Under the pieces are notes generated by a model. The model saw only the letters and a program-made list of their open reading frames with translations. It was not told where the DNA came from and did not search any database. Source: Haliotis rufescens (lineage: Eukaryota). From it: a DNA stretch of 64,000 nt. How positions within the stretch are numbered: the stretch's first letter is position 1; each line of letters starts with the position of its first letter. The DNA lies in contig NW_025964223.1 of the NCBI RefSeq assembly GCF_023055435.1, positions 23,622,001-23,686,000 on the forward strand. The letters are read 5' to 3'. This document shows, one piece after another, positions 13,379-25,102 of the stretch. A program made the position numbers and the translations under genes.

Positions 13379-14171
13379 TAGAAGGAATATTGATAAGAAA
13401 TGTAAGGCATGCTAATGCAGCCGGTACTTCATAAATATCTTACAACCCATTGGGGCTTTCGGATCTGACTAGGCGTGTCGCCATTGCGGAATAAACTGGA
13501 GATCGGTTGTTACAAAGAGACATGGCTGATTGTGTCAACGTACTCCCATGACGTGTATGCTGATCTGGATCCCGTTCCAGGCTCGATCCTTTAACGCTTG
13601 ACCAAAACATCACAAACGTTATCATAACGTTTCTGACGCCATTACCCTTGAGAATAAATAAAAAAAGGCGCCCAACTCAAGTATTGAATGATTTGGCAAG
13701 TACAAGTTGCCTCAACTCTAGGAAGGGCTCCACTTGGATTATTTTTTTCATATTTACTTGATTTCGCTTTTTAAATAAGAGTATTTTATTTCTGTATTTA
13801 ACTGTCAGTCTAAGGTTCAGAACAAACCAAGGTATCCTTATCAAATACATCATCATCGAATAACCATTTCTTGTTTGTTTCATTTCTTGCCACCGTGAAT
13901 GTATCCTTCCTTTTTAACGGCAGTTTAATAGAATTGCACAATTTAGCATTCTATCAAAATATAAATATTTAGAGAATAAGCAACGAACTACTAGGAATTC
14001 TGTCCCGAGTGAATTAAGTTTGTACAACTTACGAGGGACCGATAATCAGAAATTCAGAGTTGCGAGTATGCTATTCTTTATATTGTCCATATTTTTCTCT
14101 CGAGGAAATGTAGAGCAGTGTGGGTTTCTGATTTCAGGTTGAGATATCATAGCAATTATTCTATTATTGGA

Positions 14172-14440
14172 ACCCGTGAAGATTCCGGGGTAGAAGTGGT
14201 CTTCAGCAACCCATACTTGCCGTAAAAGGCGACTATGCTTGTCGTAAAAGGCGACTAACGGGATCGGGTGGTCAGGCTTGCTGACTTGGTTGATACATGT
14301 CATCGATCCCAAATGCGTGGATCGATGCTCATGCTGTCAATCACTGGATTGTCTGGTCCAGACTCGATTATTTACAGACCGCCGTCATATAGCTGGAATA
14401 TTGCTGAGTGCGGCGTTAAACAACAAACAAACAAACAAAA
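14172..14440 (+). mobile_element. Family B retroposon, full length
   Basis: ACCCGTGAAGA start, AAAC tail; TSD TCTATTATTGGA at 14160-14171 and 14441-14452. Confidence 0.95.
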
Positions 14441-14561
14441 TCTATTATTGGAATGGCGTCATCTTTAATCTGTGACGTCATGAACACTTATTTGTGACAG
14501 CGCATTCATATGACGTCACGTTGGTATGGGTCTCTTCGCAAACAATGAAAGAAATGACGTT

Positions 14562-14775
14562 AGTTGGTTGGTTTGTTGTTTTACGCCGCACTGTAAATAA
14601 TCGAGTCTGGACCAGACAATCCAGTGATTGATATCACTAGCATCGATCCACGCAATTGGGATACGATGACATACTTCAACCAAGTCAGCGAGCCTGACCA
14701 CCCGATCCCGTTAGTCGCCTTTTACGGCAAGCATGGGTTGCTGAAGACCTATTCTACCCCGGATCTTCACGGGTC
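14562..14775 (-). mobile_element. Family B retroposon (single GGCGAC-hairpin variant, deletion in tail)
   Basis: Reverse complement of the 14172 copy. Confidence 0.93.
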
Positions 14776-15261
14776 AGTAATGAAGTAATTAGAATGAACG
14801 AACCAATCAGCAATAAATTGAGAATTTAGTCTGAAGTTTGACGTTCGTGATTCCAAGCCTGCCACTTTGTATTTAGAATATTGAGGTTAATTTTGCTGTG
14901 AAGGGATAATCACAGAAAAAACTTTAAAAAGTAATTGGTTTGTTGAACTGACATTTTAAGTACGCGCGGACCAATTAGTAGGCGAGTTAAGTGGCCCAGC
15001 TCTGCACGTCATGTGTTGTATTTCCTGGTTAACTTCGCCGGACAACAACACGTTATCTTACCTCACGCGTGCGTGTCAAACCCTGCCTCTATCCACATAC
15101 TCCCTCTGCTAAATATAGCCATTAACTGCTCCTTAGATATTTGGTTGGGGAGGCTGTGGTTTAGATCCTTTCGCGGGGCATGTTTTATGTCCTGTTCAAA
15201 TATATGCTGTGAAATACATAACAGTGTTAGGACACTTCTTACAAAATTCTGTCTGTAACAA

Positions 15262-15480
15262 GGGGGCACGGGTGGCCAAGTCGTCTGAGGCGCCGCAATT
15301 CGCTGTGCAGAGTTGCGTCCCTTGGGCACGCCAGAAACCTATAATTGGGGTTCGAATCCCGGTTCGCCCCGATTTTCTTTTGTAGGTTTGTCAGCACCAT
15401 ACCCGTGCTCGTGGGTTTCACCGAAGTGGTAAACGTCTGAGACCTGCATCACTTCGGGCTTTCCTCCCATGCTAAATGCT
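15262..15480 (+). mobile_element. SINE family D (tRNA-Leu-like head with insert, V-domain-like body)
   Basis: TGGCCAAGTCGTCTGAGGCG...GGTTCGAATCCC; GTGGGTTTC...TTTCCTCCCA. Confidence 0.85.
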
Positions 15481-15808
15481 ACAGTTATCTCCAATCATAA
15501 TTTTAATATTGATATTTCACTTGAGTGAAATAGCATGTAACGTGCTAAGTTGACATGATCTTAATGGTTGTGTTCGTCTTTGATATTTGATATTTTGAAA
15601 GAGAAATTAATTTATAACAAATAATTAGGCTACAATTAAATTGGTGGAATAATATACACAAGTCATATAAAGAGTGAGTGTGAGTGAGTATGGCTTTATC
15701 ACGGCGGACGACACCAGAAATGGGCTTCACAGAGTCACTCAGGAGTTAGAAATATTATTTTGAGAGAAAGACAAATATCCTGTATGTATTGTCTCACAGA
15801 TTTATTTA

Positions 15809-16070
15809 GTTGGTTTGTTGTTTAACGCCGCACTCAGCAATATTCCAGATATATGACGGCGGTCTGTAAATAATCGAGTCTGGACCAGACAATCCAGTGA
15901 TTGACATCATGAGCATCGATCCACGCAATTGGGATCGATGACATGTATCAACCAAGTCAGCGAGCCTGACCACCCGATCCCGTTAGTCGCCTTTTACGAC
16001 AAGCATAGTCGCGATTTACGGCAAACATGGGTTGCTGAAGACCTATTCCACCCCGGAATCTTCACGGGTC
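15809..16070 (-). mobile_element. Family B retroposon, full length
   Basis: TSD CTCACAGATTTA at 15793-15804 and 16071-16082. Confidence 0.95.
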
Positions 16071-16084
16071 CTCACAGATTTAAG

Positions 16085-16220
16085 GACGGTGGGTAGCCTA
16101 GTGGTTACAGCGTTCGCACGTCACGCAGAAGGCCCGATTTCCATTCCCCACATGGGTACAATGTGTGGAGCCCATTTCATTACTTTTAAAAAGCACCGTA
16201 AACCTATACCTACTCACTTA
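16085..16220 (+). mobile_element. Degenerate SINE family A
   Basis: GGTAGCCTAGTGGTT...CATGGGTACAATGTGTG. Confidence 0.8.
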
Positions 16221-16799
16221 TATATTTTAAGTATCATGCACTCAGTGACATGTATGGTGTTTATAAGGCCGAGAGAAGATAGTTGTTTTACATACATGAA
16301 ACATCGATTTTATACGTCAGAAAATATACATGTACCTCATCACTCAAATACACAATACATTTAAGAAATAAAATATATCTAGACATCATATGTTATCTGA
16401 TTTATGATAGTTAGGCCCCGAATTGTTTTAGTTAGATCACGAGAACGATGCCTGGCATATTTCTATTTTAGCCCGTATTTGATTTTAATTGATTTTATAA
16501 GATTTTATCACTATTGCATATCCACAAACAGGGCCGTTTAGCATTTTTGAGGAATGTTGAGATGATTCTGCCGCTGCGGATGCTCGCACGGTGGGGCGGG
16601 ATGGTTCACGCGACAGCGCACGGTACTATCTGTTGTCTCGTAGATGATGGGAGACGCCTTTGATCTCACCCCAACCATGAGTGTCATCTGATAAATCACC
16701 GAGTGTTTGAATTATAAATAGGACATGATGCTTTCAGGAACAATTTCACAACAACAAACTATCCGGATTCTCTGGTCAACGTCTGTGATTGAGTAATTA

Positions 16800-16954
16800 C
16801 AGTGAAACCTCGTTAAATCGGACGACTTCGTTCTCTGTTAAAGCGTGCGGATTATCGACTCATGGATTATCATTTATATCCCTTTTCTATACAAAGACGC
16901 CCCAATAGTAAGTGTACGGAATACGCGGTTTCCGTATCCGGATTAACGAGGTTC
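16800..16954. mobile_element. pogo/Tigger-like MITE
   Basis: TA-CAGTGAAACCTCGTTAAATCGGA...TCCGGATTAACGAGGTT imperfect TIRs; right end eroded. Confidence 0.65.
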
Positions 16955-18326
16955 TAGAATTTTGCCGCTAATCGCGGCTAGGTCAACGTCAGCGTATCCA
17001 AAGTAAGTCGTGATTGCTTTTTTTATCACATCTTTCTAATATACATGTCAGTCACGGTGTGAAAGCTTAATGAGAAACGACGGACGTGGACGTTAACGTT
17101 TAGATAATACTTGCGAGCTCTGGTAGCATCATGATAGATCAAGAATCAATATATGAGGTTGCAAATATTTTAAGTTTATGCAGTATATGGTATGGGAATA
17201 TATTTCATGAAGAGCCTTGTCAATGTTTAGATTGTGAAGTCTGTTGTGTTTATGACTAAATCATTGCGTTATCGATGTATTCGTTTACACTACCTCCACA
17301 ACTGTTCATTGCAGGCATCCTGCTGCCTCTTTATAACGCCAATAGGCCCTGTACATCGTCTACTGGTTTTAGCGTTATAAGTTTGGAGGGAAGCGTGAGT
17401 TATATAGATCACGAGCACGAGCATATGATGATAATCGGCGTGAATTCAGGACTCGAACATTCCTCATACACAAATACCAGCAAAACAAATTGACGATGGT
17501 CAGATAGGTACACAGGCACAGCTGTGATGAACATGTGGATTTTGCAGTGTGTTTTGAGTAGAAATAGCTTATTCCATAATTAATTATGTCCTGTTGGACA
17601 CATTGACAATTGATTTCCCGATGAAACTTTAAAACATTAATTTTGGTCTAAATACCACATTTTTATTAGATTTTGTTTTTCCGACTGACTCTCAAAGAAA
17701 TCAGATATCAGGTCAGAGAGGTCCCCACTGCATACAACCTGCTGTCAAAGGAGTCGACAAACATGATGAACGATCTGTCTCGCAGATCGTGTGTTATTGG
17801 ACCACGCTGGTGTGGTTCGTTGCACATGTTATATTTTGACTGGACTATTTGAGTTGAGTGATTTTGTGATAAAGTTGGAATATTGCTGACTGCAGTGTAA
17901 CACATACCCCCTCCCGTATGAGTTCCCCCAAACAGCTATCTTACATGTTATGATCTTGATCCAACAAAGTATCACTGATTAGGCTAACGTCTCAACTTCA
18001 CACAAGGTATTGTCTACTATGCCTTAACAACGACTTGAATGACCATCAGACCGAGGAGAGCCGTGCAGGATTTAAGCTTTCTCAGTCACGCTAAAGACAT
18101 GGAGTGCATTTATTAAGCCTACATAGCGTTTCGGTGCTTCAGCGTGATATTACTGTAATATTTAGGCTGTAAATGTACTGTTTTCAGTGTAAAGACCGTC
18201 TCACTGTAAATTGGACCACAAATCGAACCGAAAGCGAAGGAAGCCTTGCAATATTTAGTTCTAAACAGCTCTTTACTATTATGACGTCACACAGCTCAAA
18301 GTGGCGCAAAAGGTGTCGGTGAATGT

Positions 18327-18583
18327 TGGTTGGTTGGTTTGTTGTTTAACGCCGCACTCAACAATATTCCAGCTATATGACGGCGGTCTATAGATAATCA
18401 AGTCTGCACCAGACAATCCAGTGATTGATATCATGAGCATCGATCCACGCAATTGGATCCCATACAAATCATCATAACGTCATGGCATTCCAAAGTGACG
18501 TCATTGGTTTCTGGCGTGCCCAAGGGACGCAACTCTGCACAGCGAATCGCGGTGCCTTAGACAACTGGGCCACCCGTGCCCCT
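18327..18583 (-). mobile_element. Partial family B (18327-18458) and family D head (18505-18583)
   Basis: Direct similarity to full copies. Confidence 0.85.
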
Positions 18584-20962
18584 CATTCTCCGAAAGGAAA
18601 AAGATGCAATTGGTGATAGTACTCATGTCTTCCTCAAAGTTACATGCCACTCCATAATATATTTGTATTCACGACCAACCTACATGTAACTCCCCAATAC
18701 TCCAATCCCTGTCACGTCACTGACGTTAGAGACTACACGTTTCAATAACCTATTTAAGTGATATATGTATATGGAAGAAGATAACATATAGACACTGGCG
18801 ATAACTATCAATGTATGATACAAAATACCCACTCACGCTAAACATCTCAAACAGATATAAGATCGTATGTCATTGGGTAGGGAAGGGGTGAGTATTGTTG
18901 AACACGTGTCACATATGACTTTTGAAATATATCATTTTGTATATGTTATCAAAGTATTCCCCATATATATATTCTGTAACATTACTTAATATTTCCATCA
19001 ACTTAGGAGATATATCTAAGTATGCTCTATTGATTTCCTTTCACCTGTGCGTGTGAAAGCCCATCCTGTACATGCAAACATATTCAACAATACATATCAT
19101 GCCTTTCAACATACAAGAAAAGTGTCATAGGAACGTCTCGATATCCGTCGTCGAGACCAGCAAGCCACGTTAACGTTCTACAGCCACACGTATTTAGCAG
19201 TTGTGGACATGCCAGGTAGGTCCTTATACACTATTGTGTAATAGAACAATTTAGAGTGATCTTCTCAAATACACATTCATAAAACTTCACGTTGGTTCTT
19301 AACAATGGCTGTAATTTAGTTTCCAGATAAGGAAATCGGAGATTAACTTCTGTGATATGAGATTGTGTACAGCGATTTACATTTTAAGGAATGTGAAAAA
19401 CAACAGTTTTTTTCAGGTTTTATTATTACACGTAGATGCCACGATTTCATAATTAGACCTTACATGCCTGCATGGCTGGAGGTTACTATGACTTTGTTAG
19501 ATAGTAACAACCTGGTTTTTTATATAAAGGGAGTGGAAAGCAGAATAGTAGAAATGACGGAAGAGAAAAGGGGAAGGAAAGGGATAGTGGTAGACGGGGA
19601 GGTGATAAGTTTGATCAAACATGTTACTGAACGAGAGGGGTGTCGCAAAACAGCGTATCCCATTTGGACAGACAAAAATGATCTGCACCAAATACTATTC
19701 TGAGTTCAATGGATAAATCACTATCAAAGAGTGATGATACCAGGTATTCGTGAAAATGTGACCGTATTATGCTCTACCAGTGGCACCCGTCACAAACAAA
19801 GCAAAGGCAAGTCAATCGTTTATCTGAATAATATGGAAACATATAGAACAAATCAAAATAGGGAATTGCATCGGACATCTTTCACTGTTGCGTCAAATTT
19901 GGAAATATCCTCCACATGTCAACAATAAACGTTTTGAAAGCTTCACTGAGGCCTTGAATGTTGGAATCTTGTTCAAAAACCTTTGAGCAAGAGTCGTATT
20001 ATGCTCTTTGAATGTTTTGTCGAAAGAGCACGCTTGATTGTACCGCAACAGTTGTGAGTGCAGACACCTAAGGCTTGATCTGCTGGAATATTGCTCGACA
20101 TAAAGGGAAAGCTATTAGAAACTCGAACCCATCCCTCCTGTCATACAGCCTTGTGGATAGTTTTGTGTTACTCTGAATCTTTATGCCTAGATCTAAACAT
20201 GAAACAGACGAGGCAGTATCACTTTCCCTCAAATGTGGACTAATTTTCGCCTGAAGTTTGAGGCATGGTTAAATCTGGCCTTAGGTTAAATATGGTATTT
20301 CCATCTCTCATTCTCTCGTTCATGCCCTTGCTCAGGGAATATAATAAATATTGGCGCCCGCGTCAAGATCAGACATTTTAAATGTACGATACTGATGATA
20401 TGGTCTGTTTGTTATCTTGGATCTGAAAGGTTTCGTTTCTTCTTACTCACGATCATTTGCGGAGCGAACATGGTGTATTGATTTTCAACTTCACAACCCC
20501 GAAAATCTCTCTAAATGATTTATGATCTTCACCTTCAACATCATTATGCAATCCTACGTTCAAGTATTTATTACATCTCGCAGCAGAACCAAAGTCAATA
20601 CGCTGTCCGTTACATATTGATCTTTCCATTTGCCTACTCCAATCAAGTCAATTTAATGTGAATTCAATGCAGCATTAAAGACAGATGTGTTAGTTTCCAT
20701 AGGCATATCTTCGTGAAACTGTGTAAACTTAATATACCTGTAGGCACAGCTTGACTTCTCAACAGAGACACCATACAGCCATGCCAGGTCAGTCTGTCAT
20801 GATTAGATGTGGAGTTGATTTCTCATTTATGGTAATGTAATCTATCGTCTTATGTTGGGTTGTCTCCTTCTTTCTTCTGGTACTTACATTTTGCAAGATG
20901 ACAATGTCCCAAACATATCTTTTCAAGGAGGTTCCAGTCGTCTAAGAGACCTATTTCAAAGT

Positions 20963-21122
20963 GTTGCGTCCTTTGGGTGTGCCAGAAGCCTATGATCGTG
21001 GGTTCAAATCGCAGATTCACCCCAATTAAGATATTTATTCAATTACACCCACGCTCGTGGGTTTCACCTAAAAGGTACAAGTCTACAACTCACTTTCCTC
21101 CCACTTCAAGCTGACACACCGT
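20963..21122 (+). mobile_element. Partial SINE family D just upstream of the first coding-exon acceptor
   Basis: GTTGCGTCCTTTGGG...GGTTCAAATC...CTCGTGGGTTTCACC...TTTCCTCCCAC. Confidence 0.75.
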
Positions 21123-21227
21123 GACAGAACTGAAATAATGTTAAATCCAAGCAACTCATTCATTCTATATATACATAGGGACTGTATTTTACCTTTTGTA
21201 GAATCAAAGATCTCAGGGCTTGCAGGA

Positions 21228-21500
21228 ATGACCCTGAAGAAGAAGACACTGGTTCTAGCGGTTTTCAGCACGGTGGCAATGGTTGTGTTTTTGCTGATAT
21301 CAAATCAAAGGCAGATGCAAAATGTGTCACAGCGAATCTTGGCACAAGTTTCACAAAACATAGCTCCAGTTATCATTGCCACGTCTAGATCTGATACCAA
21401 GGATGGATACGTGTTTGAATCGAAATGGACATATGAATATACATCGTCGTTATGTAAAGGAGCGTCCATCCCCCTCATGTCAGAGGATCTCCTTTGCAAG
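21228..21500 (+). CDS. CHST15-like: CHST15-like sulfotransferase, coding exon 1 (type II membrane anchor and stem)
   Basis: Acceptor ttttgtAG ends 21201; ATG at 21228; MTLKKK then hydrophobic TLVLAVFSTVAMVVFLLI; ends EDLLCK|GTAAGC at 21501, phase 0. Confidence 0.88.
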
Positions 21501-21798
21501 GTAAGCTGCATTTTTTAGCACATGCATAATACTTTAAAATCATTTAGGCTGCAATATATTTTCTACAGAAGTATCATGATGGATGAACTCCATGGTGACT
21601 ATTTACTTAGATTATTGTGTACTATGTATCCAAAATACTTTGAGGTGGTATTTTCGAACATCAAAATGATAAATCTAAGAAAAGAAATTGAACTGTTAAT
21701 GACGGTTATGTAAGTTGTCAACATCCCTCGTTCTTGGGTTGCAATTATAAGGGTCAAACAGTATCAAACTGGTATTCTCTTGACACTTTTTGTTACAG

Positions 21799-22018
21799 AA
21801 AAGACCTGAGTTTCTGTCTGGCTACAAGAACCCATGCTGGAAGGAGACTACAAAGGAAGGCAAAGAGACTGTCAGGTGTATGCCATACTTTCATCTTTTA
21901 GGAGCTGATAAATGTGGCTCCACGGATCTCTTTGACAGGATCTTGCAACATCCAGAAATGGAGCCGGCTGGATGTGGATTATTCAAGGAATGTTACTACT
22001 GGTGTTGGACGAGATATG
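21799..22018 (+). CDS. CHST15-like: CHST15-like coding exon 2 (5'-PSB PAPS-binding loop)
   Basis: tgttacAG acceptor; KRPEFLSGYKNPCW...RCMPYFHLLGADKCGSTDLFDRILQHPE...KECYYWCWTRY; donor G|GTAAGA, phase 1. Confidence 0.95.
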
Positions 22019-23311
22019 GTAAGAACGTGATAATTTGTGAGAGTGCTGAATAAATGTTGCAGACATATTTTTAATCAAGAAGATGTGCACTTAAACCACT
22101 CGCCTAATCATGCTCAAAAAGTAAAAGTAATTTCAGAGCAGAATAACAGCCACAGACGCAAATATACAATTCCTGTGTTGAGAAAGTACTTTTTAGTTGT
22201 TGAGGACATGCTATATAAGTACCATTGTTTTTAGTGAATTTTAGGGTATTCAATAAAGCCTGTGAAAGAAAACCGTTTCAAATCAGGATTATATTTGTAT
22301 ATCTGGCCTACTTCCAAAATGAATGGATGATCTTTTGATATTAAATATTTTATCACTGGTCCTTAAAAGTCATAAAATGTTATTCATTTATCAATGAGTG
22401 CTAATAAATTGTATGTCAAAAGACAGGGGGTGGTCCAATTTTATGTCCAATATCGTTCAGGATGATGATTTAATTATGATTGTTTTTATTATAAATTAAC
22501 GTTTTGAAGCTATAAAAATACGACGGAGTATTAGAGAATCTCACCCTCGTATCAAATAAATCAACACGAGTCGATTATTGTTTTAAACTTTTATTGACGA
22601 GTGTTGATATGTTTGATATCAAAAAGACTTTCGTTTATAACCCAACATCATTCTTCCAAAAAAGATTCAGTCTGTAAAGCGTAATAAGCAATGTCTTGAG
22701 TGTAAGAGTACTTTACATTAGCTTCATTAGCCGAGAGATTAGTGATGGCGTGGTAACCGATGACGTCTGTAAAGCATTTTGATGCAATTTCATGGAAATT
22801 CAGCTAGGAGATATCTTTTTGAGGCCAATTTTGGATGATAAATAATACTATATATGCGTGCATAAAAATTACAAAGACAAGTTGCATTTGGATATATAAT
22901 GCATAATATGCAAAATAATAATTGTATTTCCTTTTAAAAGTTTTAATATGTCTATTGATAAATTTACCACCGCAACAAGAGAGTTTTTGGTTTGTTGATT
23001 TATTTTGTTTATTTTTTTAAGTGGGGCGTTGGTAGGAGACACAACACATTTAATTGACCTGTAATTGTGATTTGTAACACGTTTAAAGAAATATGGTGAA
23101 CATTTTGTTTTACTAGATGTATATACAAGATATAGGGCTGTTGTCCTTTCGTTTGCATAATTAAGTTCACAATTAACAAACGACACGATATGTTCAGAAA
23201 ATGTCATTGATCCGTGCACCCTATACGATTCGGAAGACCCGTGGTGATCATTTTGATTTAGCAGCTATTTTTGGTATTCTTGAAAGAGATGTATTTCTAT
23301 GTCAATTACAG

Positions 23312-23437
23312 GTGTGTGGATGAAAAATAACTCGGTGCCTACAAGGAAAACGTTTGAAGCGTATCTGGCACATTTCAAACAAGCCTCGAGCAGTATACAT
23401 TTGCGTGAGGTTGACGGATATCATTCTCACATTACAG
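23312..23437 (+). CDS. CHST15-like: CHST15-like coding exon 3
   Basis: Not in the ORF track. ttacAG acceptor; open GVWMKNNSVPTRKTFEAYLAHFKQASSSIHLREVDGYHSHITG; donor GTAAGG; phase 1 to 1. Confidence 0.92.
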
Positions 23438-24734
23438 GTAAGGCATTACACTAAAGAATGCGTCGCACACACGTTGGAGAGCGTGATGAGAGAGAGTAAT
23501 TATGATGTGATAATACTCATTTATATGCGATGTAATCAGTTGCTTTGTGATTTGTTCTCTTTATTAATTTATTACACACAAACCAAAGAAGTATGGGTAT
23601 CATAAGTGTCAAGTTTTGAATTTGACATGGCATGTGCGATAGAAATACCAAATAGTGTAAACTTTTCGGCAGAATAATTTCGTTGTGGTATCTTTAGTTG
23701 CCGTATTAGTAATATTGGGTAAGCAGAAACATATGGCACAGCACTCGGCAACTCAAGACACCATAACTAGTAATATCTTGATGCAGTGACGGAATACACT
23801 GTCTCTAAAACCCCAGAATAGTTAATAGTCGGCTCCTTTGTCAACTCCTTCAGCCCTCCTGGCGAAACATGCTTTCCGACAAAATTCGATAAAATTCACT
23901 TGAGTGTCAAAGCAAAAAAGTAGTTTCGTCCTTCCCGGCAGCTTGACTCCTGAGAGTTCTAGGGCGTCGGTCCAGCCCCACACTGACAAAAAAAAGAACA
24001 TGTGTTTCTGTAGCCAAGTGACTTTGTTCGAAAGGTGCCTCTGTTCACTTAGCAGTGAATGGGTACCCTGTGGGCTGTTCACCTTCTTGTGCCTCACAGG
24101 CAGCTTTGTTTGTATACTCCCAAGGGAGCAGAGAAAGAAAACAATGAAGTACACACTGATCCACTAGCCGGGGTAATAATGTTAGCGTTTCGAGCATACA
24201 CCTTGTGTAGGGAGTTTAGCGCAATATAAGTACACACATGAGTATTATCTATGTACATCGAATAAGGGTTCTGGGTAACGTAGATGTCCATTCGTGACAA
24301 ATAATGGATCGTTTAAGCAATATAGTTACGTCACAGATTTATTTTAACTCAAGAAAAAAAACTTCGTCGAAAGTTAAAGACAACCAACAAAACATCTCTT
24401 GAAACAGAAAGCTAAAACGAACATATTGATGTTAATGTAGGTATCGGTTAGCCTCGGCGATAACGTGAATGATAATGTTAATGTTATCTGATCAGCCCGA
24501 TAACATCGTGCTGTTGCCGCATAATATATAATGCACAGCAAGTCGATGAAGTAATTGAATACTGTGTTTGATCGAACGTGTGTATATATATTTCACATCT
24601 GGTTTAAGGAACAGATGGTGTTCCTCGTGACAACTGTATGAAAAGGAAATCAATACCACTGGCCTTTATGGTCTGTTACAGCGCCGCGCTTAATACACAT
24701 CGTCTCATTGTATGCAATGACAGTCTTTAAGAAT

Positions 24735-24786
24735 AGGTTTAACGTCGCGTCCAAGATTATTGCACTTATATAGCGACGTGCCTGCA

Positions 24787-24839
<53 letters not shown>

Positions 24840-25102
24840 CTGCTTGTACTGGTCGGACTGATGCAGATTTATAGTGCTAGCCCACTGAGATACCATGCCG
24901 CAGTTTAACACGAATACCCCACTCAGACACAGTAAACTGACTCGAGCCGACTAGTCCTTATTTTAGCCCCTTAATGCCGAGCGCCAAACAGGGTAACAAC
25001 AAGTGCCATCTTTTAACGTCTTTTGGTATGACGCGGCCGGGGATCGAACCCGGACCTTCCGCTCTCCGGGCGGACGCTCTACCGCAAGACCACGGAAGCG
25101 GT
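24735..25102 (-). mobile_element. SINE family C, near full length, with (TG)n tract at 24790-24837
   Basis: Paralogue of the 7213 copy; a third partial copy lies at 26826-27032. Confidence 0.88.

Noticed and set aside
13440-13920. GIY-YIG endonuclease remnant (SPNGL-like end) on the minus strand
   Set aside because: Too degenerate to call by eye.
14172-14262. Family B head as an HDV-like ribozyme (CUAA followed by a GGG stem)
   Set aside because: No P3/L3 element after the 5' strand of the stem and no upstream P1; the topology does not fit.
14455-14562. Cluster of TGACGTCA (CRE-like) sites
   Set aside because: The motif is frequent in repeat-derived DNA throughout the window; no linked promoter evidence.
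16960-17008. Candidate 5' UTR exon ending at AA|GTAAGT (17003)
   Set aside because: Good donor in CpG-richer sequence, but no independent support without transcript data.
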